Part shown: positions 1 through 13,598 of the stretch, in pieces | How positions within the stretch are numbered: position 1 is the first letter of the stretch | How the letters are laid out: each line of letters begins with the position of its first letter | Assembly (NCBI GenBank): GCA_964016885.1 | Contig: OZ024740.1 | Coordinates: forward strand, 71,052,001 to 71,116,000 | From: Eledone cirrhosa | Taxonomy: Eukaryota | Length of the DNA: 64,000 nt | Reading direction: 5' to 3' | The notes under the pieces: model-generated | Databases searched by the model: none | Told to the model about the DNA's origin: nothing | What the model saw: the letters and a program-made list of their open reading frames with translations, nothing else | Position numbers and translations under genes: made by a program

Positions 1-699
1 TTTGTTTCAACACACGTTTTCAGATAAGAAATCTTGCAAAACAAATACAAAAACGAAGTGTGTCTGTTTGCTCGTATATATGAATTAATTCTGTCTCTAA
101 AGTAATTTTTTGTTTCATTTAATATCTTATAAAAATTATGGTCGTCCATAACATATATTTTCCGTGTTTGAACATAACAAAATAAGGTTGTGAACCACTT
201 GTTTACAGCAAAACAGATAAAACTCAGCATTTTTACAGGATTAATTGGGTATATCTGTGAAATGACATCCTTATGTATATTTCTTTACAGTCCAGATTTG
301 GCTTAAGAACTTCGCTGAACAATGCATAAGTATTTTACGGATGTGTTGGGTTATGTGGTTGGTGTCCGTAGATTGTTTAAATGAGTAAGTGTACGATTTC
401 ATTGGATTAATATAGCCTGTTTTCGAAAGAATATATTTACAGCTTTGAAGATTATCAAGCATGTTTGGGATAGTGACTCTACGTAAAGCAAATGTATATG
501 TAATACATGTGTGTATTATATATATTAATGTATGTAGCGAAGTTGATGTTGCGAATATATGTTTTGGGGCTGTAGCCACACAATATAGAGTAGATGAAGC
601 GATGGGAGGAATTGGTTTGAGTTTGTTGATGTTCATTTGAGCGTGGCAGAGTTTGTAGTGATTATATATAAAGTAAAAATGATCCCGTATATAAGCGAT

Positions 700-1245
700 G
701 TGTGAATTGTTTACGGCCCTTTTCTTTCTGAGTTCAAATCCTGTCGAGGTTAGCTTTGCGTTTCATCCTTGCTTGGTCGATTTAATCGATTTTCCCTTTC
801 ACGAAAATTGTTGACTTGGTGCCGAAATCAGAAACCATTATTACTGGGAAATATTGGCAGTATCGGTAGAGGGTCGGACGCCATGCTTTCCAGCATAGTT
901 ACGTCCCTTTACGATCTGAGTTCAAATCCCGCCGAGGTTGACTTTGCCTTTCATCCTTACGGGGTCGATAAAATAAAGTACCAGTAATGCACTGGATAAT
1001 TGCTGGCCTTGTGCCTAAAGTAGAAACAATTATTACTGGGAAATTTTAAAACGACGGCTTGACAGAATTGTTAGGACGTTGGTTCTTTCTAAACGTTCTA
1101 ATTTCAAATCTCTCCGAGTCCAACTTTGCTTTTCACCCCTTAGAGTTCGATAAAATAAATACCAGTAAAGTTCTGAGTCGATATAATTGACTTTCGCCTC
1201 CTCACAAATTGTTGGTCTTGTGCCTAAATAAGAAAGCATTATTAC
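700..1245 (+). mobile_element. Three tandem copies of a tRNA-derived SINE (family 1, Nin/Deu-domain-like body); best copy 857-1035
   Basis: B-box-like GAGTTCAAATCC followed by GCCTTTCATCCTTACGGGGTCGATAAAATAAAGTACCAGT and GGCCTTGTGCCTAAA-TAGAAAC. The same motif recurs many times in the window. Confidence 0.75.
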
Positions 1246-1753
1246 TGGATAGTTTTTGCATGTAGAGGGTGAAGTGTACGTTGTGACAAAGGAGAGCTTC
1301 CCTTCGTCCATTCCCAAATACTTCAATCAATTTCCTAGTTTTGAAATAACTTCACTTTCTACGTCGTGTTTTAGTCAGTAAGCATTAGTCAATGAAACAT
1401 GAAACATGAATAACGAAAGTATTATGACACTACAATTCCAAGAATGTGTGTGTTAAGAAAATCTTTTAATTCTTTTTTTTTTTAAATCAGTGAATGTGGT
1501 GAGCATAAGTTACAAACTTTTCAGGGAAAGATGGGCGAAGAGAAGAACATATCTATGATTATGCTAATCCACTCATTGTATCAAAATATTTTTCTCTGGG
1601 CTGATGCAATAGTAATAAAGTATGTTTGCCTGCTATTTCAGAGCAAAAATGACGTTGGTTCGCTTATGCTCTGGACAAACAGGAATAGGTTGATTCAAAC
1701 TGGTAGATTTCGGATAAAATTTCAAAATCAGCTTTGCCATTTATCCTTCAGGG

Positions 1754-1922
1754 CAGTGCCGGATTTAGGACAAATGAGACCATGTGCTAGTTAAGTTATG
1801 AGGCCCCTTTGAATATTTGAAAAATTCACCGTAAAAAATTTTTTGGCAGGAACTTGGTCCCTCTCTGGCCAACGGGGCCCTGTACTCAAGCACACCTAAG
1901 CACAAGGGTAAATCCGGCACTG
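1754..1922. mobile_element. hAT-type MITE inserted in a SINE family 1 copy
   Basis: TIRs CAGTGCCGGATTTA / TAAATCCGGCACTG with an imperfect 8-bp TSD (CTTCAGGG / CTTCCAGG); SINE sequence continues on both sides. Confidence 0.75.
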
Positions 1923-2239
1923 CTTCCAGGGTCAATAAAATAAAGTACTGTGGTTGGTTTAATCAACTTTGCCCTCCGCTCGCCGAATTTGTTGGCTTTG
2001 TTCAAAAGTTAAAAATCAATATTGTGTCCAGATAAAAACAAAAACTCAGAACGTCGTTACTAAACGTCGCAAACCATGTTATCCTGGTGTGTTATAGGAA
2101 ACCCCACTCGATTTCAGTTGTAAAAATGTTTTCCCCAGTTTTTTCGTGTGCTATCAACTAATCTAACCTCAAAGATTCTGGCAATCAACTTTTTTCCCGG
2201 AGAACGGAGGACGTGGTGTACCCCTCCTCGGATAATCCG

Positions 2240-2715
2240 CTCTCCTCGGAGTTTTCACTACGATCTTTTTTTTTTTTTTTCGTATGTTATCAACGAATAG
2301 GGCCTCCAGACCAGTTGGAACCGACTAGATTTGTAGAAAAAAAGGGGTGAAAGGGGGCGAAAAGACCATCAGAATTTCGCAGATCGACACACCTCTCGCG
2401 TTTTGTAGGAAATAATTATCTTTCCTCGATTCTTTTCTGAACCTCTTAAATGCTTGCAATAGACCTTTTTTTTTCCAGGATTAGGGTTAGGATTTCCGTT
2501 TTGGGGGGAAAAAAGTCGATTGCAAGCATTTAAGAAGTCCAGAAAAAAAAGAAAAGATAATTAATTCCCACTAAACGCGAGAGGTGTGTAGATCTGCGAA
2601 ACTCCGATGGTTTACTTTTTCTACAGATGTAGTCAGTTCCGACTGGTTTGGAGGTCATATTTGTTGATAACACACGGAGAAAAAAGAAACATATGGAGAG
2701 AACACTCCTAGGATT
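2240..2715. mobile_element. Foldback/MITE-like element with about 230-bp imperfect inverted arms
   Basis: CTTAAATGCTTGCAAT / ATTGCAAGCATTTAAG, CACACCTCTCGCGTTT / AAACGCGAGAGGTGTG and GTTATCAAC / GTTGATAAC are symmetric about a GGATTAGGGTTAGG centre. Confidence 0.7.
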
Positions 2716-4423
2716 GGGGGGGGGGGGGGTAATTGAGTTGGGTGTTATAAATTTACCGTTATCCGATACTGCTAATCCTTGCCCTGTGTCTAATATTACG
2801 ATCAAGAGTTTCACATAACTTGTGTCCACAGACTGACAGCATGATTCTGTTATGCAACAGACGGAATTTCCTGAGAGACACCTCTTCCTGCAACCCCACT
2901 ACGATGTGAGTTTACATTTAGGGAAAATATTAAGAGGGTGTTTCACTTCGGGTATGCTGACAATAAAATGAAAGAGAAATGAATATCATCAAAGGGACCT
3001 GCGATTTCATCGTAAATCATATTTTGAATGTTTTTTTTTTTATTGATAAACTAAATGAGCTCATTGCCAAGGGTGAGGCACTGCCACTACTTTTCAATGG
3101 TGCGCGTCACAGAAGGGCCAGAGGCCTGCATCCGGCTTACATACGTGCCCGTACTCTACTGAGTGCTAGGGCAGGCCAAATATATACACGTGCGAACACG
3201 CTACCTGAAGATAGTGTGTTTTGCATTATATATATTCCTTTAGTATGTATGTAGACGGTGATAGCAATGGAAACTGCAGAGGTCATGGTTCCTGTTTTGT
3301 GGCAACAGTTAAATATGATAACAATCAATAGAAGACCCACCACCAGCACTACTACCTATTCTATGTATATAAAGATTAGGGTATATTTAGTACCTGTCGT
3401 CTGAAGATGTAAAAGCTAAAGCATAAGTTAAAAACCCTAACATTAGATCTAAATTTGACACTCTTATCAGTAGTTTAAGTTAACAGTTCTTTAATCACAG
3501 GAAGTAAATGGAAATTGATTGCACCTAACCATTACCACAGCAGAAATTGAACAAAGGATTTTTCTGAGAAAGGATATTTTTTTAACCACCTGAATGCACC
3601 ATATTTAGAAGATTTCTCACATATATTTCCCACATATTCTATTTCAATCCCCCTTTTTTTATTGTTTAGAAAGGATGTATTTTAGATTACATTACTCTAT
3701 GACTCCTTAAGGTATATACTGTAGTTTGACTGCTATTTCTAACAGGTTCAGTGACCATGTAGAGATTCCACTCTCGTGTATGTTTATGTATGTTTGTGTA
3801 TTTATGCATGTGTATATGTTTCCCCCCGCTTCTAGTACAATAACAGTAAGCAATACTAATGTTATCTGTAATTCAGTGTGCAAGTCTTCCTCTGGCCTTA
3901 TTTGTTGTCTTAGATTGATTTCTATTGATTTGTTTCTTGTGTGAAGCATTGCAATGGAAAACAGTCAGCAACAGTCACTGCATCAGCCATTCCATCTTAC
4001 AGTCAAGGCTAACAGGCTCCAGTTATAACAGAGAACCAGCCACATCAAGGCTTCAAGTCACCTGGGTTGATGATGGCCTTACTGTCCTCCAGTATGCAAG
4101 ATACCAGCACCACTAGGACATCAAATGCAGTTCAACCTGCATTAGGATTGACTCTTCCCTGGACCAACATCATCTCACTCTTTCCCGGTTTGCCTTTCAA
4201 TCAAACAGTGGCATGTAGCTCAATTTAATTCTTTCTTCGTCAACCAGTATTCTTCTTGATAAGGAGTGTACCTGCACCACAGAGGCCTGGTCTGAGCCTC
4301 CACACGTTACCTTATTTTATCAGCCCTCACTCCCCCTCTTCCCTCCCTCCTCAACCCCAAGGAAGACAAAAGGTTAACTTAACTCTGGCAGCAACTCAGA
4401 ATGTAGGGAAGTAAACTCTAGAC

Positions 4424-4647
4424 CAGTGGTCCCCAAACTTATTTTGTCATAGAACCCCTATATTATTTTCCAAAAATCACAACCACAGAACCCATACTTA
4501 CATTTTACAGACATCCCTCACCACCCTAGTTTTAATAAAACATTAAATAAAACACAAGTTGTTTTAATTGAGAGAATTTATTTATATTAAAAAAAAACAT
4601 GCAGAACCTTAACATTTTTTTGTGGAATCCACTTTGGGGAAACATAA
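4424..4647. mobile_element. hAT/Charlie-like MITE
   Basis: Starts CAGTGGTCCCCAAA and ends TTTGGGGAAACA; flanked by CTCTAGAC / CTCTAAAC, a Charlie-type 8-bp TSD. Confidence 0.6.
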
Positions 4648-4994
4648 CTCTAAACCATTTAGGTCAGTTTTCTTCTGTTCCTTCCACCCAGACTACCACC
4701 CAGTAATATGATGAATCTCAATTATAATAAATTAAGATAATATGACAATTAGTTAGAAATAATTATGGCATTCATTTTAATAAGTGGGAATGTTATAGTA
4801 CTTGATATAAACACCTACAGTATTCACATTTTTATTCTGTGTTCTCAGTTTCAAGCCCCATCACCACATTTAATTTCTATCTCTTCTTCGGACCATAAGA
4901 AAGGTTACCAGTCTGAGTAAAGTTTAATTGGGAATACTCCCAGTCATACAAAACTTAACCTTATAGCTGTTATTGTTGTCGTTGTTGTTGTTGT

Positions 4995-5265
4995 TGTTTA
5001 GCCTCAGTGTAACCCTGATTGAGCAGATTTATTAGCAAAAGTGAAGTTCCTCATTTTGTATATCCAGGACTACAACATTGTCCAGTAGTTTCTTCCTTTT
5101 TTTGAAGATGGTAGAATGTGATTTGAGAGAGATTTGGCTGCTATTTCTAACATGTCAAGTGACCACATAGAGTTTTTTTGTTGTGTTTGTTGTTATTTGC
5201 TCCAAGTCAGCTGTGATCAAGCAGACCTATAATCAAAAGCATTCCAGTCATAGCCATCCAGTCTT
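4995..5265. repeat. Dispersed unclassified repeat
   Basis: The motif GATTTGGCTGCTATTTCTA..A.GTCAAGTGACCA..TAGAG also occurs near 3720, 21030 (rc), 32460 and 33180. Confidence 0.5.
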
Positions 5266-6217
5266 TTGTCGAGGTCAAGCAGCTGCTTAGAGGCTCTGTC
5301 ATTATCTTCATGATGGCCTCTATAGGGCCTGCAGGTATACAGAACAAAACTAGATTCTTTAATGCATCTATCTAGTTTAAGAGATCTCATTTCTGGGTTC
5401 GAAACCCCACCTCAAATTTTCAATATTTTTAAATTCATTTTTTCAAAAAATTTTAGCAGAGCAGCCACCAGATATGACGGTTAGTTATAACATAAGTGGC
5501 GAATTAAGCAACCCCAGGCCAACAGCAGTAAACTACTATGGGAGATGGGGCAATGGGTGACATCTGTAGTTCTAAAAGAAACTCTCACAACCCAGTGATG
5601 TAGCTATGATGAGGCAAGTAAAGGCCACCTCTAAAGAAAGCCTAGTCTTTGCAGGTTTGAGAAAGTACCAGGTTGGTGACTGATGCAATTAAGACCACCA
5701 AAACTGAAATATGGAAAGAGGTAAGAAAAAGAATCATACTGCATCATCCTTCGTTCTGGTTAAGAAGGGATGTATACAGGCCTTAGGTAGGGGTCGCCTG
5801 TTCGAAAAATATATTGCTGTCTCCATTTCATGCCACAAAAACTGACAATACGTCTGCAATCTGTCCTGGGAGGCGTGAGATGGACGCACAAAAATAGCAT
5901 ATCCCGAGACCCAAAGAGGGTTCGGAAGGGAGTAAACATTGACAAAGAGAAGAAGATGTTATAAGGAAAAAATACAAATATAAAAAAAAACTTATTGAAA
6001 ATGATACTTCTACAAGAATCAATGTTAACCCTTTTCATATAAACCTGCCTGAAAACGACCCCAGTTATATTTATCTGAAACCCTTCCATCATAATTTTAT
6101 ATAAGAATGTTATGTTCCAAATACTAACTTAATAATGAAAAGGTTACTAAATTCTTAATAATTATTTTCAAAATTATTTTTAAACCATAGGCCATGACTT
6201 TCATAAGAAATATAATT

Positions 6218-6387
6218 GTTTCTACTTTAGGCACAAGGCCAGCAAATTACCCAGTGCATTACTGGTACTTTATTTTATCGACCCCGTAAGGATGAAAGGC
6301 AAAGTCAACCTCGGCGGGATTTGAACTCAGATCATAAAGGGACGTAACTATGCTGGAAAGCATGGCGTCCGACCCTCTACCGATACT
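6218..6387 (-). mobile_element. SINE family 1 copy
   Basis: Near-identical reverse complement of 857-1035. Confidence 0.8.
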
Positions 6388-6537
6388 AAGAAATATAATA
6401 ATGCAAAGTTAAGGATCAATTTAAAAAAAAAAGACATTCCAAAGAAAAGATATTATTTATATGAAACAAACATATTTTACTGTATTAGTTTCTCTGTTCT
6501 GAGGATAGCCCTTCTTCTTACCAGTGACTGAGGTCCT

Positions 6538-6743
6538 TAACCCTTTAGCATTTAAACTGGCTGCATTTGGCCAGAATTCTCTCACCTCTTTCTGTTCCAA
6601 CCAGTCGTAACTGGCCACTCATACCGACATTAAGGTATTGTTCTCAAAATAAATAATACCTAAATCTCATAAAATGTTGAGATAAAGCCTTTACCATGAA
6701 AATACATTAGTATATATAGAGTAATGTAAATGCTAAAGGGTCA
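6538..6743. mobile_element. piggyBac-like MITE
   Basis: TTAA-CCCTTTAGCATTT ... AAATGCTAAAGGG termini; same family as 21931-22161. Confidence 0.6.
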
Positions 6744-7379
6744 TAGATGCTACCTCTTCTCCTTTGACTAAGCAATTAAAAAAGAAAAGAAAAAGGTGTT
6801 TCTGACATCCTATAACAAATGCAGGATCTTGTCAAACAACTACAACTCTGACAACGAAAATGTTGTCATCATTGTCAGCTCATGTTGTCATCATTGTCAG
6901 CAGTAATACTCGCAACTATGCTTGGTTGATCTAGCATGTCAGCCTTACTATCATTCACTGTAATGCCATGAGTGTGAGTGTTTTGTGTTGCCACCTATAT
7001 TTTAGAGGGCAACACCAGCTGCAATGTATAATTGAGGGAGTGTACATGTCTTCTTTTATTTTTTGTTGTTTTAATGAATTTATTTCTTTAACATTTTTAT
7101 TGTTCTCAAATTGCTAATAAAATATATTATTGCACTCAATATCCACCTCAAATTACAACTCTGAAATTTCAAAAACTTCAACCAGATTATAAATTCCCTG
7201 GGGATTGGTGTTTCTTGTTGCCTAAAAAGGATAACAACTTAGATTTACAAAACACTGCATCTCAGATAAGGTCTATAGTAATTTGTTGTGTTTGTTAGTG
7301 TGTAACATGTCAGAGAAGCATCATATTTCTTCTGAAACTCTCCAGATATGCCAACACAGATCCAAACTGTAAGTCTGAA

Positions 7380-7484
<105 letters not shown>

Positions 7485-7669
7485 ACACACATACACATAC
7501 ACACAAATCTAATGGAGATTAAAACAGCAAACCACTTCATTCTATGATGCTTTAGCAATCCAAAATTATCTCTTTGATAAACACACACACAAGCTCTCTC
7601 TCTCTCTCTCTCTCCCAATATATATTTATAAACAACACATTCTCTACATGGACATAATATCTGTAATGC

Positions 7670-7719
<50 letters not shown>

Positions 7720-7784
7720 AGGGAAGATAGATGTATGTAAACAAAATTTGAAAACACCCCTCTCTTTGTTTGTATCCCCCTCTC

Positions 7785-7824
<40 letters not shown>

Positions 7825-7925
7825 CTATATTTTGCACTTTATGTTGTTTACTATTCATGAATGAGTTTTGTTTCTGTAGTGCCACTGTTACAATTATTAT
7901 TTAATTACTGCTGGACTCCTGTAGT

Positions 7926-10900
7926 AGGACAGTTGCTTCCATCCTCATTGGTTTATCTGGTAGAAGCAACTACCTAACACAGGACAGTTGCTGCCATCCT
8001 CATTGGTTTATCTGGTAGAAATAACTACCTAACACAGGACAGTTGCTACCATCCTCATTGGTTTATCTGGTAGAAGTAACTACCTAACACAGGACAGTTG
8101 CTGCCATCCTCATTGGTTTATCTGGTAGAAATAACTACCTAACACAGGACAGTTGCTGCCATCCTCATTGGTTTATCTGGTAGAAGCAACTACCTAACAC
8201 AAAACAGTTGCTGCCATCCTCATTGGTTTATCTGGTAGAAATAACTACCTAACACAGGACAGTTGCTGCCATCTTCATTGGTTTATCTGGTAGAAGCAAC
8301 TACCTAACACAGGACAGTTGCTGCCATCCTCATTGGTTTATCTGGTAGAAGCAACTACCTAATACAAAACAGTTGCTGCCATCCTCATTGGTTTATCTGG
8401 TAGAAATAACTACCTAACACCGGACAGTTGCTTCCATCCTCATTGGTTTATCTGGTAGAAGCAACTACCTAACACAGGACAGTTGCTGCCATCCTCATTA
8501 GTTTATCTGGTAGAAATAACTACCTAACACAGGAGAGTTGCTGCCATCCTCATTGGTTTATCTGGTAGAAGTGACTACCTAACACAGGAGAGTTGCTGCC
8601 ATCCTCATTGGTTTATCTGGTAGAAATAACTACCTAACACAGGACAGTTGCTTCCATCCTCATTGGTTTATCTGGTAGAAGCAACTACCTAACACAGGAC
8701 AGTTGCTGCCATCCTCATTGGTTTATCTGGTAGAAATAACTACCTAACACAGGACAGTTGCTGCCATCCTCATTGGTTTATCTGGTAGAAGCAACTACCT
8801 AACACAAAACAGTTGCTGCCATCCTCATTGGTTTATCTGGTAGAAATAACTACCTAACACAGGACAGTTGCTGCCATCCTCATTGGTTTATCTGGTAGAA
8901 GTAACTACCTAACACAGGACAGTTGCTGCCATCCTCATTGGTTTATCTGGTAGAAATAACTACCTAACACAGGACAGTTGCTGCCATCCTCATTGGTTTA
9001 TCTGGTAGAAGCAACTACCTAACACAAAACAGTTGCTGCCATCCTCATTGGTTTATCTGGTAGAAATAACTACCTAACACAGGACAGTTGCTTCCATCCT
9101 CATTGGTTTATCTGGTAGAAGCAACTACCTAACACAGGACAGTTGCTGCCATCCTCATTGGTTTATCTGGTAGAAATAACTACCTAACACAGGACAGTTG
9201 CTGCCATCCTCATTGGTTTATCTGGTAGAAGCAACTACCTAACACAAAACAGTTGCTGCCATCCTCATTGGTTTATCTGGTAGAAGTAACTACCTAACAC
9301 AGGACAGTTGCTGCCATCCTCATTGGTTTATCTGGTAGAAGTAACTACCTAACACAGGAGAGTTGCTGCCATCCTCATTGGTTTATCTGGTAGAAATAAC
9401 TACCTAACACAGGACAGTTGCTGCCATCCTCATTGGTTTATCTGGTAGAAGCAACTACCTAACACAAAACAGTTGCTGCCATCCTCATTGGTTTATCTGG
9501 TAGAAATAACTACCTAACACAGGACAGTTGCTGCCATCTTCATTGGTTTATCTGGTAGAAGCAACTACCTAACACAGGACAGTTGCTGCCATCCTCATTG
9601 GTTTATCTGGTAGAAGCAACTACCTAATACAAAACAGTTGCTGCCATCCTCATTGGTTTATCTGGTAGAAATAACTACCTAACACCGGACAGTTGCTTCC
9701 ATCCTCATTGGTTTATCTGGTAGAAGCAACTACCTAACACAGGACAGTTGCTGCCATCCTCATTAGTTTATCTGGTAGAAATAACTACCTAACACCGGAC
9801 AGTTGCTTCCATCCTCATTGGTTTATCTGGTAGAAGCAACTACCTAACACCGGACAGTTGCTTCCATCCTCATTGGTTTATCTGGTAGAAGCAACTACCT
9901 AACACAGGACAGTTGCTGCCATCCTCATTAGTTTATCTGGTAGAAATAACTACCTAACACAGGAGAGTTGCTGCCATCCTCATTGGTTTATCTGGTAGAA
10001 GTGACTACCTAACACAGGAGAGTTGCTGCCATCCTCATTGGTTTATCTGGTAGAAATAACTACCTAACACAGGACAGTTGCTGCCATCCTCATTGGTTTA
10101 TCTGGTAGAAATAACTACCTAACACCGGACAGTTGCTTCCATCCTCATTGGTTTATCTGGTAGAAGCAACTACCTAACACAAAACAGTTGCTGCCATCCT
10201 CATTGGTTTATCTGGTAGAAATAACTACCTAACACAGGACAGTTGCTGCCATCTTCATTGGTTTATCTGGTAGAAGCAACTACCTAACACAGGACAGTTG
10301 CTGCCATCCTCATTGGTTTATCTGGTAGAAGCAACTACCTAATACAAAACAGTTGCTGCCATCCTCATTGGTTTATCTGGTAGAAATAACTACCTAACAC
10401 CGGACAGTTGCTTCCATCCTCATTGGTTTATCTGGTAGAAGCAACTACCTAACACAAAACGGTTGCTGCCATCCTCATTGGTTTATCTGGTAGAAATAAC
10501 TACCTAACACAGGACAGTTGCTGCCATCTTCATTGGTTTATCTGGTAGAAGTGACTACTTAACACAGGACAGTTGCTTCCATCCTCGTTGGTTTATCTGG
10601 TAGAAATAACTACCTAACACAGGACAGTTGCTGCCATCCTCATTGGTTTATCTAGTAGAAGTAAGTAACTAACACAGGACAGTTGCTTCCATCCTCGTTG
10701 GTTTATCTGGTAGAAGTAAGTAACTAACACAGGACAGTTGCTGCCATCCTCATTGGTTTATCTAGTAGAAGTAAGTAACTAACACAGGACAGTTGCTGCC
10801 ATCCTCATTGGTTTATGTGGTAGAAGCAACTACCTAACACAGGAGAGTTGCTTTCATCGCTGTTGATTGCTGTGGTAGAAGCAACTACCTAACACAGGAG

Positions 10901-10930
10901 AGTTGCTTTCATCCCTGTTGATTGCTGTGG
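7926..10930. repeat. Tandem satellite, 55-bp unit, about 54 copies
   Basis: Unit AGGACAGTTGCTGCCATCCTCATTGGTTTATCTGGTAGAARYAACTACCTAACAC with starts at 7981, 8036, 8091, 8146; degenerates at the right edge. Confidence 0.97.
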
Positions 10931-11507
10931 TACATCTCTTCAATAGTGGGCTTATCAAAAACCACAAACCAAAACATTTACATTTTCAGCACTTGTCTGA
11001 CGTCAACGTATTAAATAACTATTACGTAGGGCTATTTTAATACCTTTGAAATGTTCATAACGGGTGTAATTTAAGACATCATCATAATCATCGTCATCTA
11101 ATATCTGACTTCCTTGCAGGGTTTTTTCACTATAGCTGCAAGAAATTTGTATGTAAACAGATTTTTTTTCCTTTTGAACATATAAGCATATATTATTCAC
11201 CAGTAGAGAGTCGGGCGTCATGCTTAGCAGCATAGAGTTACGTTCCTTTACGGTCTAAGTTCAAATCCCACCGTGGTTAATTTTGCCTTTATTATAGTTT
11301 AGATTTACTGTTTTGATAGCAAACCGTCTAAATGCATAATAGTAGTAGTAGCCGTGGTGGTGGTGGTCATCGTTGTCGTTGTCGTAGTAATAGTAGTAGT
11401 AGTAGTCCACAGTCGGGGCTGCCAGATCAATTTCATAAAAAGTAGCACAAAAGAGCAGCTTTTGTTAGAAGGTATTCAAAAACGGAAATTTGAAAAGTTT
11501 GCATATA

Positions 11508-12778
11508 CAGGGTGTGAACGATATTTGTTTGCAAGATTACTGTCTAGGAAAAAATAACACAGTAGTTTTATTTTTTTAAGATTTCTTTATCAAACTTGGG
11601 TCAGTTTGTCTTCATGACTTGTTCTTTCGATCTCACTTGATAAACCCACCATTGGCTTTGATGAAGGACTCAAGGCGGCCTCGGAACCGGCTACAGGCCT
11701 TCGTCACTGTCCCCCGACTTAGGCCCTTAAAGGCACTTGTGATCCTGGCCTTCAGATCGTCTTTCGTATCGCAGCTAGATCTGTTGGTGTCTCGTTCCAC
11801 TGCGCCCCACACAAAGAAGTCGAAGGGGTTGCAGTCAGGCGAGCTGGTAGGCCAGATGTCAGGTGAAGTGTGGTCAACGAAGTTCTCTGACAGCCAGGCT
11901 TGGGTCTTTCGGCTGGTATGGCAGGGCACTGAGTCTTGCTGCCACACGTACGGTCTACCTGCATCTACCTGGTCGATCCAGGGCTTTACTACCTCACTCA
12001 GAATGCGGATGTAGCCATCGGTGTTCAGTTTGAGGCCCTCAGGGAAGAAGTGAGGTGGCATGACGTCACCTTGGCTGCTGACGACACCTAAGACCAATGT
12101 TGTCACTGGAAACTTTGTCTTTGGATGAGACAGCGAGCCACCTGTTGTTCTGGGAGTTGATCTTCTGGTCTTGGCAGAAGTTTTTCTCGGAGAAAAACCA
12201 CAGCATGTCTGGCTCCAGTGGGTGTTTCAACTTGTTGATCAGCTTCTTTGTGTGCTTCAATCACTTTTCTTACATCGCCTTTGACAGAAATTGTCCTTTC
12301 CTCATCTTGTATGAAACGTAGCAAATGTCTTCATGTACCACCAGCCTAATGTGCTTTTCATCCACGCCTTGCAATGGCACGCATCGACTTGCTAGGTTCA
12401 TTGTTGATGATATCCTGAACTTCAGCGACGAACTCGGGCATTCTGGAGGCGTCAGATCGTCGATCATGTGTTTTCCTCTCTGATGTTGCTTCATAGTTGA
12501 ATCCTGAATCTTCCAATTCCTTTCTGACCTTTTCCACCATTCTCCTGCTGATGCTGAGAAAGTCTGAAATTTCCTTATTTGTCCTCCTGGAGCGGATTCC
12601 AAGAACTCCGTGTCTCTTCCACAAATTTGGAGGTTCAAAATTATTCATAATCAATTATTCTGAAAATAAATAATGGAAATATAGTCACTGTTTTTATGAA
12701 GACAAGAATGACAACGGAAGTAAAAAAAATTTGCATAAAATTAAGCAGTTGAAAATTGCGAACAAATATCGTCCACAC

Positions 12779-12782
<4 letters not shown>
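11508..12782 (-). mobile_element. Tc1/mariner-superfamily DD37D (maT-type) transposon with a frameshifted transposase
   Basis: About 27-bp TIRs (CAGGGTGTGAACGATATTTGTTTGCAA / TTGCGAACAAATATCGTCCACACTCTG) with TA flanks. ORF fragments contain WQQDSVPCH...SPDCNPFD with 37 aa between D2 and D3. The first D is lost (FFSEK). Confidence 0.92.
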
Positions 12783-12841
<59 letters not shown>

Positions 12842-12905
12842 ATATATATATATATATAGATATATACCTAAATATATATATATACATAAACATATATACA
12901 TATAT

Positions 12906-13478
12906 GGCCGAGGCCATAGTATCTAGAATAAGGACGGGTTGGAAGAAGTTTAGGGAGCTGCTTCCTCTGTTGACGAAGAAGGGTTTCTCCCTGTGTATAA
13001 AGGCCGGTTGTATGATGCCTGTGTGAGGAGCGCGATGCTGCATGGTAGTGAGACATGGGCAGTAACTGCAGAGGACATGCGACGGCTGAAGAGAAATGAG
13101 GCATGCATGCTCCGTTGGATGTGCAGTGTAAATGTGCGTGAACGACCCAGCTTAAATGTGTTGAGAGAGAAACTGTGTCTGAGAGGGATAGAATGTAGTG
13201 TGCGGGAGAGGAGACTGGGGTGGTATGGACATGTGATGCGCATGGAGGATGACCGATGGGTAAAGAAGTGCCAGGAATTGCCAGTTGAAGGAAGACGTGG
13301 TAGAGGTAGACCACGAAAAACATGGGCGGAGGTGGTGAGAACAGACCTCAGATCATTGAAGCTCACGGTGGAGATGACGAGGGACCGTGGCGAGTGAAGA
13401 GATGCTGTGCTGAATAAGACCCGTCCCACCCTTGCAAGCAGGGAAAAGTGGACGTAAAATGATGATGATGATGATGAT
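12906..13478 (+). mobile_element. RTE LINE 3' fragment (family B)
   Basis: [20 protein letters not shown]...RGRGRPRKTW, followed by a short tail ending (GAT)n; TA tracts on both sides. Confidence 0.9.
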
Positions 13479-13528
13479 AAATATATATATACATATATAT
13501 ATATACATATACATATATATATACACAT

Positions 13529-13586
<58 letters not shown>

Positions 13587-13598
<12 letters not shown>

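Noticed and set aside
7926-10930. CRISPR-like array or satellite-encoded hammerhead
   Set aside because: There are no unique spacers and no cas genes, and the context is eukaryotic. The minus strand has CCAAUGA plus a hairpin but lacks CUGANGA and GAAA.
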